NCBI RefSeq assembly: GCF_000062885.1
Contig: NC_009142.1
Coordinates: forward strand, 1,103,584 to 1,167,583
From: Saccharopolyspora erythraea NRRL 2338
GTDB taxonomy: Bacteria; Actinomycetota; Actinomycetes; Mycobacteriales; Pseudonocardiaceae
Length of the DNA stretch: 64,000 nucleotides
Reading direction: 5' to 3'
A program made the position numbers and the translations under genes. The first letter of the stretch is position 1. Each line of letters begins with the position of its first letter. Below, in pieces: positions 1 to 8,812 of the stretch. The notes under the pieces were generated by a model. The model was not told the origin of the DNA and searched no databases. It saw only the letters and a list, made by a program, of their open reading frames with translations.

Positions 1-1275
1 CAGCGACTCGTACGGGTTCTGGAACACGTACTGCACCTGGCGCCGTTGCTCGCGGGTGCGTTTGGCGCTGCTGCGCGCGAGTTCCGTCCCGTGCAGGCGC
101 ACCGACCCCCGGTGCTTCGGGTGCAGCCCGGCCAGGCAGCGCGACAGCGTCGTCTTGCCGCTGCCGGACTCGCCGAGCAGCGCCAGGCACGACCCGGCGG
201 GCACCGACAGCGTCACGTCCCGCAGCACGGGCGTTTTCGTGTACCAGGCACCGACTCCCTCGACTTCCAGCACCGGTTTCGCTTCCCCGGCTGCCGGATC
301 CGGGTCGCGCGGCGTCGCCTCCAACTGCTCGGAACGCGGGTTCAGGCAGCGGATCAGGTGCTCCGCCGACACCTCCACCAGCTCCGGCACCTCGTCGCGG
401 CATCCGGTGGTGGCCGCCGCGCACCGCGGCGCGAAGGCACATCCGTCGGGCCGGTCCAGCGGCGACGGCGCGTGGCCGTCGATGGCCTGCATCGCGCGGG
501 AGCCGTCCAGGTCCGGCACGGCCAGCACCAGCCCGGCGGTGTAGTGGTGGCGCGGGTGCGCGAGCACCTGCCCGGTCGGCCCGGTCTCGACGATGCGTCC
601 CGAGTACATCACCGCGATGCGGTCGGCCAGCTCGGCGACGACGGCCATGTCGTGCGAGATGTAGACGCCCGCGGTGCCGTGCCGTTCGCACATCTCGCGG
701 ATGGTGGTCAGCACCCGCTTCTGCGTGGTGACGTCGAGCCCAGTGGTCGGCTCGTCGAGCACCACGACCTCCGGGCGGCCGACGAAGGCCATCGCGATCG
801 CGATCCTCTGCTGCTGCCCGCCCGAGAGCTGGTGCGGGTAGCGGCGCAGGAACTCGTCGTCGCCGGGCAGCGCGACCTCTGCCAGCACCTGGCGGATGCG
901 CTCGCGCGCCTGCGGTCCCGACACGTCGTGCACGCATTCGGAGAGCTGCGTCAGCAGCCGCAGCGCCGGGTTCAGCGCCGAAGCCGGGGACTGCGGGATG
1001 TAGGCGACCCGCCTGCCGCGCATCGCCGCGGCCTCCGCGGGAGACAGCCCCACCAGGTCGGTGCCGCCGATTTTGATGCGCCCACCGGCGATGCGCGTGC
1101 CGCGCTTGCAGTAGCGCAGCATCGCCAGCCCGAGGGTGGTCTTGCCCGAACCCGACTCGCCGATCAGGCCCAGGATCTCGCCGGGAGCGAGGGTGAGGTC
1201 GATGTCGGCGACGATCGCGGCCTCCGAAGGCACGCCGCGGACCTCGACGCCGGCGGCGTTCAGCGCAGTCGTCAT
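1..1275 (-). CDS. Fused two-domain ABC transporter ATP-binding protein (DppD/DppF-like), 3' end beyond window start
   Basis: Minus-strand translation from ATG at 1275 gives MTTALNAAGVEVRGV...GESGSGKTT (Walker A), and a second Walker A GESGSGKTT lies further downstream; reading frame runs off the window; first gene shares ATGA overlap with dppC stop. Confidence 0.8.
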   Translation of the reverse strand, partial: MTTALNAAGVEVRGVPSEAAIVADIDLTLAPGEILGLIGESGSGKTTLGLAMLRYCKRGTRIAGGRIKIGGTDLVGLSPAEAAAMRGRRVAYIPQSPASALNPALRLLTQLSECVHDVSGPQARERIRQVLAEVALPGDDEFLRRYPHQLSGGQQQRIAIAMAFVGRPEVVVLDEPTTGLDVTTQKRVLTTIREMCERHGTAGVYISHDMAVVAELADRIAVMYSGRIVETGPTGQVLAHPRHHYTAGLVLAVPDLDGSRAMQAIDGHAPSPLDRPDGCAFAPRCAAATTGCRDEVPELVEVSAEHLIRCLNPRSEQLEATPRDPDPAAGEAKPVLEVEGVGAWYTKTPVLRDVTLSVPAGSCLALLGESGSGKTTLSRCLAGLHPKHRGSVRLHGTELARSSAKRTREQRRQVQYVFQNPYESL

Positions 1276-2177
1276 CAGCTCCGGCCTCCCTTCTCGATTC
1301 CGCGGTCGACGCCGGCCACCGACCGCGCCAGCCCGTCGGCCACCAGGTTCGTGCCGATGGTCAGCACCGCGATGGCCAGCACCGGCAGCGCCACCGCCCA
1401 CGGCTGCACGGTCAGCGCGATCCTGTTCTCGTTGATCATCAGTCCCCAGTCCGCGGTCGGCGGTTGCAGTCCGAGGCCGAGGAAGCTCAGTCCGGCGACG
1501 ATCCCGATGGAGTAGTTCAGCCGCAGCCCCAGCTCCACCAGGACGGTGCCGGTGACGTTGGGCAGGATCTCGCCGAGCAGGATGCGGGTGCGCGACATCC
1601 CGATCGCCTCCGCCGACTTGACGAAGTCGCGCTCGGCGACCGCCAGCGTGGCGGCCCGGACCACCCGCATCACGCGCGGCAGGTGACCGCCCGCGACCAC
1701 CAGCACCAGCAGCCACAGCTCGGGGCCGACCACGCTGACGAACAGCAGCGCCAGCACCACCTGCGGGAACGCCAGCACGATGTCGGCCACGCGCATCACC
1801 GACTCGTCCAGCCACCCGCGCCGGTAGCCGGCGTACATGCCCAGCAGTGCGCCGAGGCCTACGCCGAGCAGCGTCGCCACCGCGGCGAGCATCAGCAGCG
1901 TGCGGCCGCCGTGCAGGAAGCGGGTCAGCACGTCGCGGCCGAGGTTGTCGGTGCCGAACCAGGAACCGGCGGCCGGGTCGGAGAACGGGGTGTCGACGAA
2001 CTCCGTCGCGCTGTGCGGTGCGATCCACGGACCGGCCACCGCGACGAGCAGGACCAGGGCGGCGAGCCCGAGCCCGACCTTGCTGCGCGGCAGGCGGAGC
2101 GCGGTGCGCAGCACGCCGGCGGCGCGGGGCACGTGCTGGACGGCGGGTTCGGTGGGTGCGTTCGTCGTCGCGGTCAT
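1275..2177 (-). CDS. Oligopeptide/dipeptide ABC transporter permease (DppC/OppC family)
   Basis: Translation MTATTNAPTEP...GTDNLGRDVLTR...LAFPQVV, multiple TM helices, binding-protein-dependent permease signature; the ORF-track 549-aa call is an upstream extension, and the real start is at 2177 overlapping the dppB stop. Confidence 0.8.
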   Translation of the reverse strand: MTATTNAPTEPAVQHVPRAAGVLRTALRLPRSKVGLGLAALVLLVAVAGPWIAPHSATEFVDTPFSDPAAGSWFGTDNLGRDVLTRFLHGGRTLLMLAAVATLLGVGLGALLGMYAGYRRGWLDESVMRVADIVLAFPQVVLALLFVSVVGPELWLLVLVVAGGHLPRVMRVVRAATLAVAERDFVKSAEAIGMSRTRILLGEILPNVTGTVLVELGLRLNYSIGIVAGLSFLGLGLQPPTADWGLMINENRIALTVQPWAVALPVLAIAVLTIGTNLVADGLARSVAGVDRGIEKGGRS

Positions 2178-3124
2178 CGCGCGGACCTCACCTTCGGGTT
2201 CGCGGCCAGGCTCACCAGGTCGGCCAGCAGGTTCACCACGATGTAGACCGCGGCGATCGCCAGCGCCAGCGTCTGCACCACCGGCAGGTCGCGGTTGTTG
2301 ACCGCGTCGACCAGGGCGAACCCGATGCCGGGGAAGCGGAACAGGAACTCCACGATCACCACGCCGCCGGCCAGCCAGGCCAGTTGCAGCGCGACGACCT
2401 GCGCGACCGGGCCGATGGAGTTGGGCAGCGCGTGCCGCAGGATCACGGTGCGTTCCGGCAGGCCCTTGAGCCGGGCCTGCTGCACGTACTCGCTCTCCAG
2501 GACCTCGATCATGGTCGCGCGCATGATGCGCACCATGTAGGGCGAGACGGCCAGGACCATGGTCATCGTCGGCAGCACCAACTGCACCGGATCGCTCCAC
2601 GCCGAGCCGGACTCTGTCATCACGTAGACGGCGGGCAGAAGGTTGAGCGCGCCGGTCGAGAAGACCAGCACCAGCACGATGCCGACCACGAACTCCGGCA
2701 GCGCGGCCAGGACCAGCGTCAGCACCGAGGTCGTGTGGTCGAACGCCTTGTCCCTGCGCAGCGCGCTGTAGGTGCCGGCCAGCAGCGCCACCGGGACGCT
2801 GATCGCGGTCGCGCACAGCATCAGCGCGAGCGAGTTGTTCAGCCGCTCGCCGAGCAGCTCCGACACCGGCATCCCGTTTGAGAACGACGTGCCGAGGTCG
2901 AGCTGCACCAGGTTTCCCAGCCACGACAGGTACTGCACGTGCAGCGGCTCCCCGAGCTGGAGCTGTTCGCGCAGCGCCGCCAGCCGCTCCGGCGTGGCCT
3001 CGCGACCCAGGATCGCCCGCGCCGCGTCACCGGGAAGCGCCTGGGTGGCCAGGAAGACCACGACCGAGACGGCCCAGAGGATCACGACCCCGAGCAGGAT
3101 TCTTTTGAGCAGCAACCGATTCAT
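2174..3124 (-). CDS. Oligopeptide/dipeptide ABC transporter permease (DppB/OppB family)
   Basis: MNRLLLKRILLGVVILWAV..., typical N-terminal region of the DppB family, TM-rich, 316 aa. Confidence 0.8.
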   Translation of the reverse strand: MNRLLLKRILLGVVILWAVSVVVFLATQALPGDAARAILGREATPERLAALREQLQLGEPLHVQYLSWLGNLVQLDLGTSFSNGMPVSELLGERLNNSLALMLCATAISVPVALLAGTYSALRRDKAFDHTTSVLTLVLAALPEFVVGIVLVLVFSTGALNLLPAVYVMTESGSAWSDPVQLVLPTMTMVLAVSPYMVRIMRATMIEVLESEYVQQARLKGLPERTVILRHALPNSIGPVAQVVALQLAWLAGGVVIVEFLFRFPGIGFALVDAVNNRDLPVVQTLALAIAAVYIVVNLLADLVSLAANPKVRSAR

Positions 3125-3137
3125 CGAAGCACCGTCC

Positions 3138-4727
3138 TCACCGCGCCAGCCACGCGCGCCGGAAGCCGTAGGAGTTCAGCGGGATTCCGCTGCGGTCGAC
3201 GCCGAGACCGGCGACGCGGACGCTGTGCGCGTCGAGCTGGTTGGGGAAGCCCCAGATGATGTGACCACCGCTTTCCCATTCGATCTGCTGCGCGCGCCAG
3301 ATGAGTTCGCGCCGCGCGGCCGGGTCGGTCGTGGCCCGCGCGCGCTGGACCAGGTCGGTGAACTCCGGGTGCGCCCAGTGCGTTTCGTTGTAGGGGGATT
3401 CGGGCAGGCTGCCGTTGCCCGCCTGCGACAGGAAGTTGCGGGTGAACCAGAAGTCCTGCGCGAAGTCCCACGACAGGTACTGGTCACCGAAGAACTCACC
3501 GGGGTCCAGCCTCCGGATGCTGACCCTGATGCCGGCTTCGGCCGCCTGCTGGGCGAACACCTGCGCCGCCTCGACCGTCCCGGCCGCCACGGGCGAGGTG
3601 ACCAGCTCCACGCTCAGGTTCTCCTTGCCCGCCTCCTTGAGCAGCCGACGGGCCTTGGCCACGTCGCGGGTTCGTTGCGGCAGCGACGAGTTGTACATCG
3701 AGTCCAGCGGCGAGTAGAGGTCGTTGCCGACCGTGCCGTGCCCGCCGAGCACCTGGTCGATCATCTGCTGCCGGTCGACGACGAGCCGGAACGCCTGGCG
3801 GACCCGGACGTCGTCGAACGGCGGGCGGTCGACGCGCATCGTGAACGGCAGCCACGCACCGGTCTGCGACTCCAGCAGCCGCAGGTTCGGGTCGGCGTCG
3901 AGCACCCGCAGCAGGCCCAGCGGCACCTGGTCGATGGCGTCGACCTGGCCGCCGAGCAGCGCGTTGACCCGCGCGGTGTCGTCGGGGAAGTCGCTGATGA
4001 CCAGCTCGTCGAGGTAGGGCTCGCCCTCCCGCCAGTAGTTGCGGTGCTTGGTGAACACGCTCTGCTGGCCGGGTTCGAAGGAGTCGAAGGCGAACGGTCC
4101 GGTGCCCACCGGCCGGTCGGGGTCGTAGCCGACCGGCACGATCCCGTTGGCGTACTGGGCAAACTGGTCGGGCAGCGTGACGTCCGGGCGCAGCATGGTG
4201 AACCGGACCGTGCGGCTGTCGAGCGCCCGCAGCGAGTCGCGGTCCAGCGCGGTCAGGCCGACCGCGCCGCTCTGCGGGTTGGCCGGGTCGCTGATGCGCC
4301 GCAGCGTGAAGATGACGTCCTCGGCGTCCAGCGGCTTGCCGTTGTGGAACTCCACGCCTTCGCGCAGCCGGATCGTCCAGGTGACCGCCTGCGGGTCGGA
4401 CTCGACCGACTCGGCCAGCGACGGCTCGATCTCGTAGTTGTCGTTGAAGCGCAGCAGCGTGTCGTAGAGCTGGAAGACCCGGGCCTGGTCGGGGTGGGTC
4501 ACCGGAGCGTGCGCGTCGAGGGTGTCCTTGCTGGAGCCGCCGACGATCCCGACGCGCAGCCGGCCTCCGTAGCGCGGTGGCCCGGACGGCAGCGGTGCTT
4601 TGCGGACCGCGCCCCCGGCGCATCCGGTTGCGACCGCTCCCGCCCCGGCCGCGGTCGCTCCCGCCGCGACGTAACGGAAGAAGTCGCGACGACTCGGACC
4701 GGTGATCGGCCGCCCTCTGCTCGGCAT
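3138..4727 (-). CDS. ABC transporter substrate-binding lipoprotein, family 5 (DppA/OppA-like) with Tat signal
   Basis: N-terminus SRRDFFRYVAAGATAAGAG...TGCAG (twin-arginine motif plus lipobox); 529 aa; first gene of the dpp operon. Confidence 0.8.
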   Translation of the reverse strand: MPSRGRPITGPSRRDFFRYVAAGATAAGAGAVATGCAGGAVRKAPLPSGPPRYGGRLRVGIVGGSSKDTLDAHAPVTHPDQARVFQLYDTLLRFNDNYEIEPSLAESVESDPQAVTWTIRLREGVEFHNGKPLDAEDVIFTLRRISDPANPQSGAVGLTALDRDSLRALDSRTVRFTMLRPDVTLPDQFAQYANGIVPVGYDPDRPVGTGPFAFDSFEPGQQSVFTKHRNYWREGEPYLDELVISDFPDDTARVNALLGGQVDAIDQVPLGLLRVLDADPNLRLLESQTGAWLPFTMRVDRPPFDDVRVRQAFRLVVDRQQMIDQVLGGHGTVGNDLYSPLDSMYNSSLPQRTRDVAKARRLLKEAGKENLSVELVTSPVAAGTVEAAQVFAQQAAEAGIRVSIRRLDPGEFFGDQYLSWDFAQDFWFTRNFLSQAGNGSLPESPYNETHWAHPEFTDLVQRARATTDPAARRELIWRAQQIEWESGGHIIWGFPNQLDAHSVRVAGLGVDRSGIPLNSYGFRRAWLAR

Positions 4728-5132
4728 CCGGCGAAACCTCCCTGGGGCGGGAAGCCCCGCCCGTGTTGCGTCCTCGGCCTGCGACTGATTGATGAGTCAA
4801 TCGATCGCATCGACCATTGCCGACCTCAACTCGGCTGTCAAGACGCCATATGCAGCGGGTATATGTCAAGGGAGGGGTTGCGATGTCGTTACGACGTTGT
4901 GCTGTCTTGCTACTTTCGCAACGCTGGTGGGCGGTGGAAAGTGGTGTCGCGCAACGGATTCGCCGGGCCGGGACCCCGTCCGCCGGGGCGTGTCGGCGGC
5001 TTCGGTGCCACCGGCTTCAAGGGGGTGCGGCGGCTGGGAAGGGAGGCCCGATCACGAACCGACCGCCGCCCGCGGTTGCGGACGGCGGTCGGGGAACTGC
5101 GGAGCGTGCCCGGTCCGGTCGGGTTCGCCGTG

Positions 5133-5971
5133 TCAGGCGTCCTTCGTCGTGATGCGGAGCACGGTCGCCGAGACGCCGATCAACAGGTAGCACCCGGCGC
5201 GGAGCAGGCCGTCGACGAGCGCGCCGGTGACGACCGGGTCGCGCAGCACGTCGACCACCGACGTCCAGCCGGTGGTGATCAGCAGCGGCTGCAGCCAGTC
5301 GAGCGCGGGCAGGCTGCCCAGCACGCCGAAAACGATCAGCGTGCCCATCGTGGCGGCCATGACCACCAGCGGGTGGTCGGTCAGCGACGAGATCGCCAGC
5401 GCGATCGCGCCGATCGCGGCCATCTGCGTCGCCGACCACGCCGCGGCCAGCGCCACCCGGCCGAGCGCGCTGCCCAGCGGCAGCGTCGTGCCCGACAGCG
5501 ACACCATGCCGTCGCCGCCGACGATGACCAGCCCGGTCAGCACGCCGCTGACGGCGATCACGCCGACCGACAGCAGGACCATCGCCAGCACCCCGGCGGC
5601 CTTGACCCCCACCAGCCGGACCCGCCCGACCGGCGCGAGCAGCAGTCCGCGCAGCGTGCCGTGCGCGGACTCGCCTGCCAGCGCGTCCGCCGCGGTCATG
5701 CTGACGACCAGCGGCAGCAGCATCGTCTGCGCCAGCACGAGGGTCGCCACCGGCAGGACCAGCCCGTTGCCCGCGACCGCGGCGAGCACCGGCGGGCCGT
5801 CACCGCCCTCCGGTCCGCCGGTGAGGACGATCCCGATGCCGATCAGGACGGGCAGGGCCGCCAGCAACACCAGGGCGAGCAGGTTGCGCGGGCGCCGCAG
5901 CACCCATCTCAGCTCGGCGAGCAGCACCCTGCCCAGCGGCGCCGACGTGCGTTCCACCGCGACCGCGGTCA
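5133..5971 (-). CDS. ABC-2 family transporter permease
   Basis: MTAVAVERTSAPLGRVLLAELRWVLRRPRNLL..., six predicted TM segments; start at 5971 overlaps the upstream ATPase stop. Confidence 0.7.
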
Positions 5972-6931
5972 TGTTGCCTCCTCGGTGAGCTGGGCGAACA
6001 GATCCTCCAGACCCGCCCTGCCGCGGCGCGCCTCGTGCACCCCGACCCCGGCGTGCACCAGGGCGGCGATGACCTCCGGCGGGTCGACGTCGGTCAGCTC
6101 GACGCGCAGCCGGCCGTCCTCCTCCCGGGCCGCGATCCCGTGGTCGCGCAACGCGTGCAGGCCGCCTTCGACGTCGGCGGTGGACACCACCAGGTGCGGC
6201 CGGCCCGACTCCAGCAGCTCCCCGAGATCGCCCTGGGCGACCAGCGACCCCCGGGTCATCACCGCGACGTGCGTGCACGTCGCCTCGACCTCGGACAGCA
6301 GGTGCGACGACACCACCACGGTCGTGCCCACCGAGTGCAGGTCGGCGATGATGCGCCGGATCTCCCGCGTCCCGGCGGGATCCAGGCCGTTGGTCGGCTC
6401 GTCGAGCACCACCAGCTCGCGCGGCACCAGCAGCGCGGCGGCCAGCCCCAGGCGCTGCTTCATGCCCAGCGAGTAGCCCTTGTACCGGCGGTGCGCGGCA
6501 GCGGTGAGCCCGACGCGTTCCAGCGCGTCCGCCACGGCGTCCCGAATCCGGCCGGTGGCGAGCGCGGGTTCCACGGCCGCGCAGCGCGTCAGGTTCTCCC
6601 GCCCGGACAGGAAGGGGTGGAAACCGGGACCCTCGACCAGCGCCCCGACGCCGGGCAGCACGTGCGCCGCGCCGTCGGGCATCGGGTGGCCGAGCACTTC
6701 GACCGTGCCCGCCGTCGGCCGGGTCAACCCCAGCAGCATCCGGATGGTGGTCGTCTTCCCGGAACCGTTGGGGCCCAGGACGCCGACGACCGCGCCGCGC
6801 GGGACGGCCAGGTCCACCCCTGCGACGGCGACGGTCTCCCCGTAGGTCTTGCGCAGGCCCGTCGTGCGGGCGGCGAAACCGCCCGCCGGGGCGGCGGCCG
6901 CCACCCCGGCGGACTCGACGACCCCGGTCAT
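5969..6931 (-). CDS. ABC transporter ATP-binding protein (ABC-2 exporter type)
   Basis: MTGVVESAG...GPNGSGKTTTIRML (Walker A), YSLGMKQRLGLA (ABC signature), LVVLDEPTNGLD (Walker B); the ORF-track 575-aa call is an extension through the upstream gene. Confidence 0.85.
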   Translation of the reverse strand: MTGVVESAGVAAAAPAGGFAARTTGLRKTYGETVAVAGVDLAVPRGAVVGVLGPNGSGKTTTIRMLLGLTRPTAGTVEVLGHPMPDGAAHVLPGVGALVEGPGFHPFLSGRENLTRCAAVEPALATGRIRDAVADALERVGLTAAAHRRYKGYSLGMKQRLGLAAALLVPRELVVLDEPTNGLDPAGTREIRRIIADLHSVGTTVVVSSHLLSEVEATCTHVAVMTRGSLVAQGDLGELLESGRPHLVVSTADVEGGLHALRDHGIAAREEDGRLRVELTDVDPPEVIAALVHAGVGVHEARRGRAGLEDLFAQLTEEAT

Positions 6932-7965
6932 CCGAGCGCGGCCGTCAGCACCTGCTCCGGCACCGCGCCCGCGACGGCGCGCCCGTCGGAGGTCACCAGC
7001 GCCGAACCGGCCTTGGTCTCGATGAGCCAGCCCTGGCCCCACGGGCCGCTGACCGGCTTGCCGATCTGCTCGACCACGGCCATCGGGTTGCCCTCGGCGC
7101 CCTCGCCCTTGGGCAGCTCGGTGCGCACGACCATGTCCCAGCCGTCGCCGATGACGGTCGGCTCGGGGTGCTCGGCCTCCGGGCCGGGCTTGCCGTGCGG
7201 CCCGGTCTCCTCCGCCTCGCGCACCTGCGCGCCCGGGGGAGCGGTGAAGCGGAACAGCGCCGGGTCCGGCTGCGCCAGGTCCAGGTTGGAGAAGCCGACG
7301 TGCAGCGCGGGGCTGTCGGAGCCGTTGGTGCCGACCGTGACCGCGAGCGGGATGCGCTTCTCGGCGTCCACGGCGATCCGGACCTCGCGCAGCACGGTCC
7401 GCTCGGTCGGCTTGGGCTTCAGCACCAGCTCGTAGGCGTCGCGGCCGGCGACGCTGGCCGTGCCGTCGACCGACACCTCGCTGGTCTGGCGGACGGCGTC
7501 GATGAGCTGCCGCGACATGGCGGCCGGGTCGGCGGGGGCCTGGTGCTCGGGCTTCGGGGCGCTGTCGTGCGCGGCCCTGGTGACGGTGCGCTCCGCCGAG
7601 TTCCAGTTCCACACGGTGGCGCCGTCGTTGACGATCGTGTTCTCGCCCGCCGGGGACGGCAGTGACACCCGGTGCCTGCCCTGGCCGTCGGCCCACACCT
7701 GGAAGGCGCTGTTGCTCTGCGAGAGCACGGAGGTGCTCGCGTCGTGGCCGGGGATCATCGGCAGGCCCAGCGAGTTGTTCACCTCCACCGTCCCGGACAG
7801 GGCGGGCGGCGCGGCCGTCATCACCGACTCCACCAGCGCCTCCGGCGCGACCGGCGGGAGCACGGGGTCGGCGCCCGCGCCGGTCGGCAGGGCCAGCGCG
7901 GTGAGCCCGGCGACCCCGGCCACCACCCCTGCCGTCGCGGTGAGCGTGACGTGGGTTCGTTTCAT
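6928..7965 (-). CDS. Secreted LolA-like/DUF2092-like protein with signal peptide
   Basis: MKRTHVTLTATAGVVAGVAGLTALALPTGAGA signal peptide; 345 aa; operonic with the ABC-2 exporter; assigned by family-level resemblance only. Confidence 0.5.
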   Translation of the reverse strand: MKRTHVTLTATAGVVAGVAGLTALALPTGAGADPVLPPVAPEALVESVMTAAPPALSGTVEVNNSLGLPMIPGHDASTSVLSQSNSAFQVWADGQGRHRVSLPSPAGENTIVNDGATVWNWNSAERTVTRAAHDSAPKPEHQAPADPAAMSRQLIDAVRQTSEVSVDGTASVAGRDAYELVLKPKPTERTVLREVRIAVDAEKRIPLAVTVGTNGSDSPALHVGFSNLDLAQPDPALFRFTAPPGAQVREAEETGPHGKPGPEAEHPEPTVIGDGWDMVVRTELPKGEGAEGNPMAVVEQIGKPVSGPWGQGWLIETKAGSALVTSDGRAVAGAVPEQVLTAALG

Positions 7966-8040
7966 GGGACTGTCTCCTGTCGCTGTCCGTTCCCCCTGCG
8001 GGAGCCGCGGCTCCCGGACTGCCAGAGTGAACCGCCGACG

Positions 8041-8126
8041 CTGAGAAGAGCCTGAGACCTGCCTCCGCAGCTGAGAACTCTCTTAGAGACGGTGCACGAC
8101 GGAGCCCGCCCTCGGCATGCTGAGAA
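8041..8126. promoter_or_regulatory. Three direct repeats of CTGAGAA in the divergent promoter between the LolA-like gene and the response regulator
   Basis: CTGAGAA at 8041, 8071 and 8120, with a CCTGAGA half-site at 8051; direct repeats fit an OmpR-family binding site. Confidence 0.35.
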
Positions 8127-8812
8127 CCATGGCGGCGCGGGTGTTGGTGGTCGACGACGAACCGGGAGTCCGCTCGGCGCTGCGCCGGGGGCTGTCGGCC
8201 GAGGGCATGGACGTCACTGTCGCGTCCGACGGGGTGGAGGCACTGCGCCTGGCGGGCACCGGCGCGTTCGACGTCGTCGTGCTCGACATCATGCTGCCGG
8301 GGCTCTCCGGCTACCGCGTGCTCGAACGGCTGCGCGCGGACGACGTCGCGACGCCCGTCCTGCTGCTGTCGGCCAAGGACGGCGAGGTCGACCAGGCCGA
8401 CGGGCTCGACCTGGGCGCCGACGGCTACCTGGTCAAGCCGTTCTCGTTCCTGGTGCTCGTGGCCCAGGTCCGCGCCCTGCTGCGGCGCGGCGAGGCGGCC
8501 GGGCGCGGTGAGCTGCGCGTCGGCGAGCTGCTGATCGACCGCGGCAGCCGCGAGGTGCGCTGGGCGGGCACCGAGGTGTCGCTCTCACCCCGGGAGTACG
8601 GGCTGCTCGTCGCGCTCGCGGGCCGGTCGGGGGCAGTGGTGTCCAAGGAGGACCTGCTGCGCACCGTGTGGGGCGAGGACCAGTTCGTCACCCGCAACGT
8701 CGTCGAGGTCTACGTCGGCTACCTGCGCCGCAAGCTGGCCGCCGCCGGGGCCGGGCACCTGGTGCAGACCGTGCGCGGCCACGGCTACCGGGTCAGCGAC
8801 GAGCCGTCATGA
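8117..8812 (+). CDS. OmpR-family two-component response regulator
   Basis: ARVLVVDDEPGVR...DVVVLDIMLPGLSGY receiver domain; C-terminal winged helix ...GHGYRV; start may be the internal ATG at 8129. Confidence 0.85.
   Translation: MLRTMAARVLVVDDEPGVRSALRRGLSAEGMDVTVASDGVEALRLAGTGAFDVVVLDIMLPGLSGYRVLERLRADDVATPVLLLSAKDGEVDQADGLDLGADGYLVKPFSFLVLVAQVRALLRRGEAAGRGELRVGELLIDRGSREVRWAGTEVSLSPREYGLLVALAGRSGAVVSKEDLLRTVWGEDQFVTRNVVEVYVGYLRRKLAAAGAGHLVQTVRGHGYRVSDEPS

Noticed and set aside
46-1515. 489-aa plus-strand ORF at the window start
   Set aside because: It is antisense to the fused DppD/F ATPase whose Walker motifs are clear, and its translation is low-complexity.
2772-6476. Very long ORFs (about 250 to more than 1200 aa) on the strand opposite well-supported genes, e.g. 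2772-6476+, 8785-10536-, 16025-18094-, 31557-33656-, 34257-36038+, 54223-56679-, 45082-46239-
   Set aside because: High-GC DNA lacks stop codons in antisense frames. The translations are Arg/Ala/Gly/Pro-rich low-complexity with no recognisable motifs, whereas the sense-strand partners have clear family signatures.
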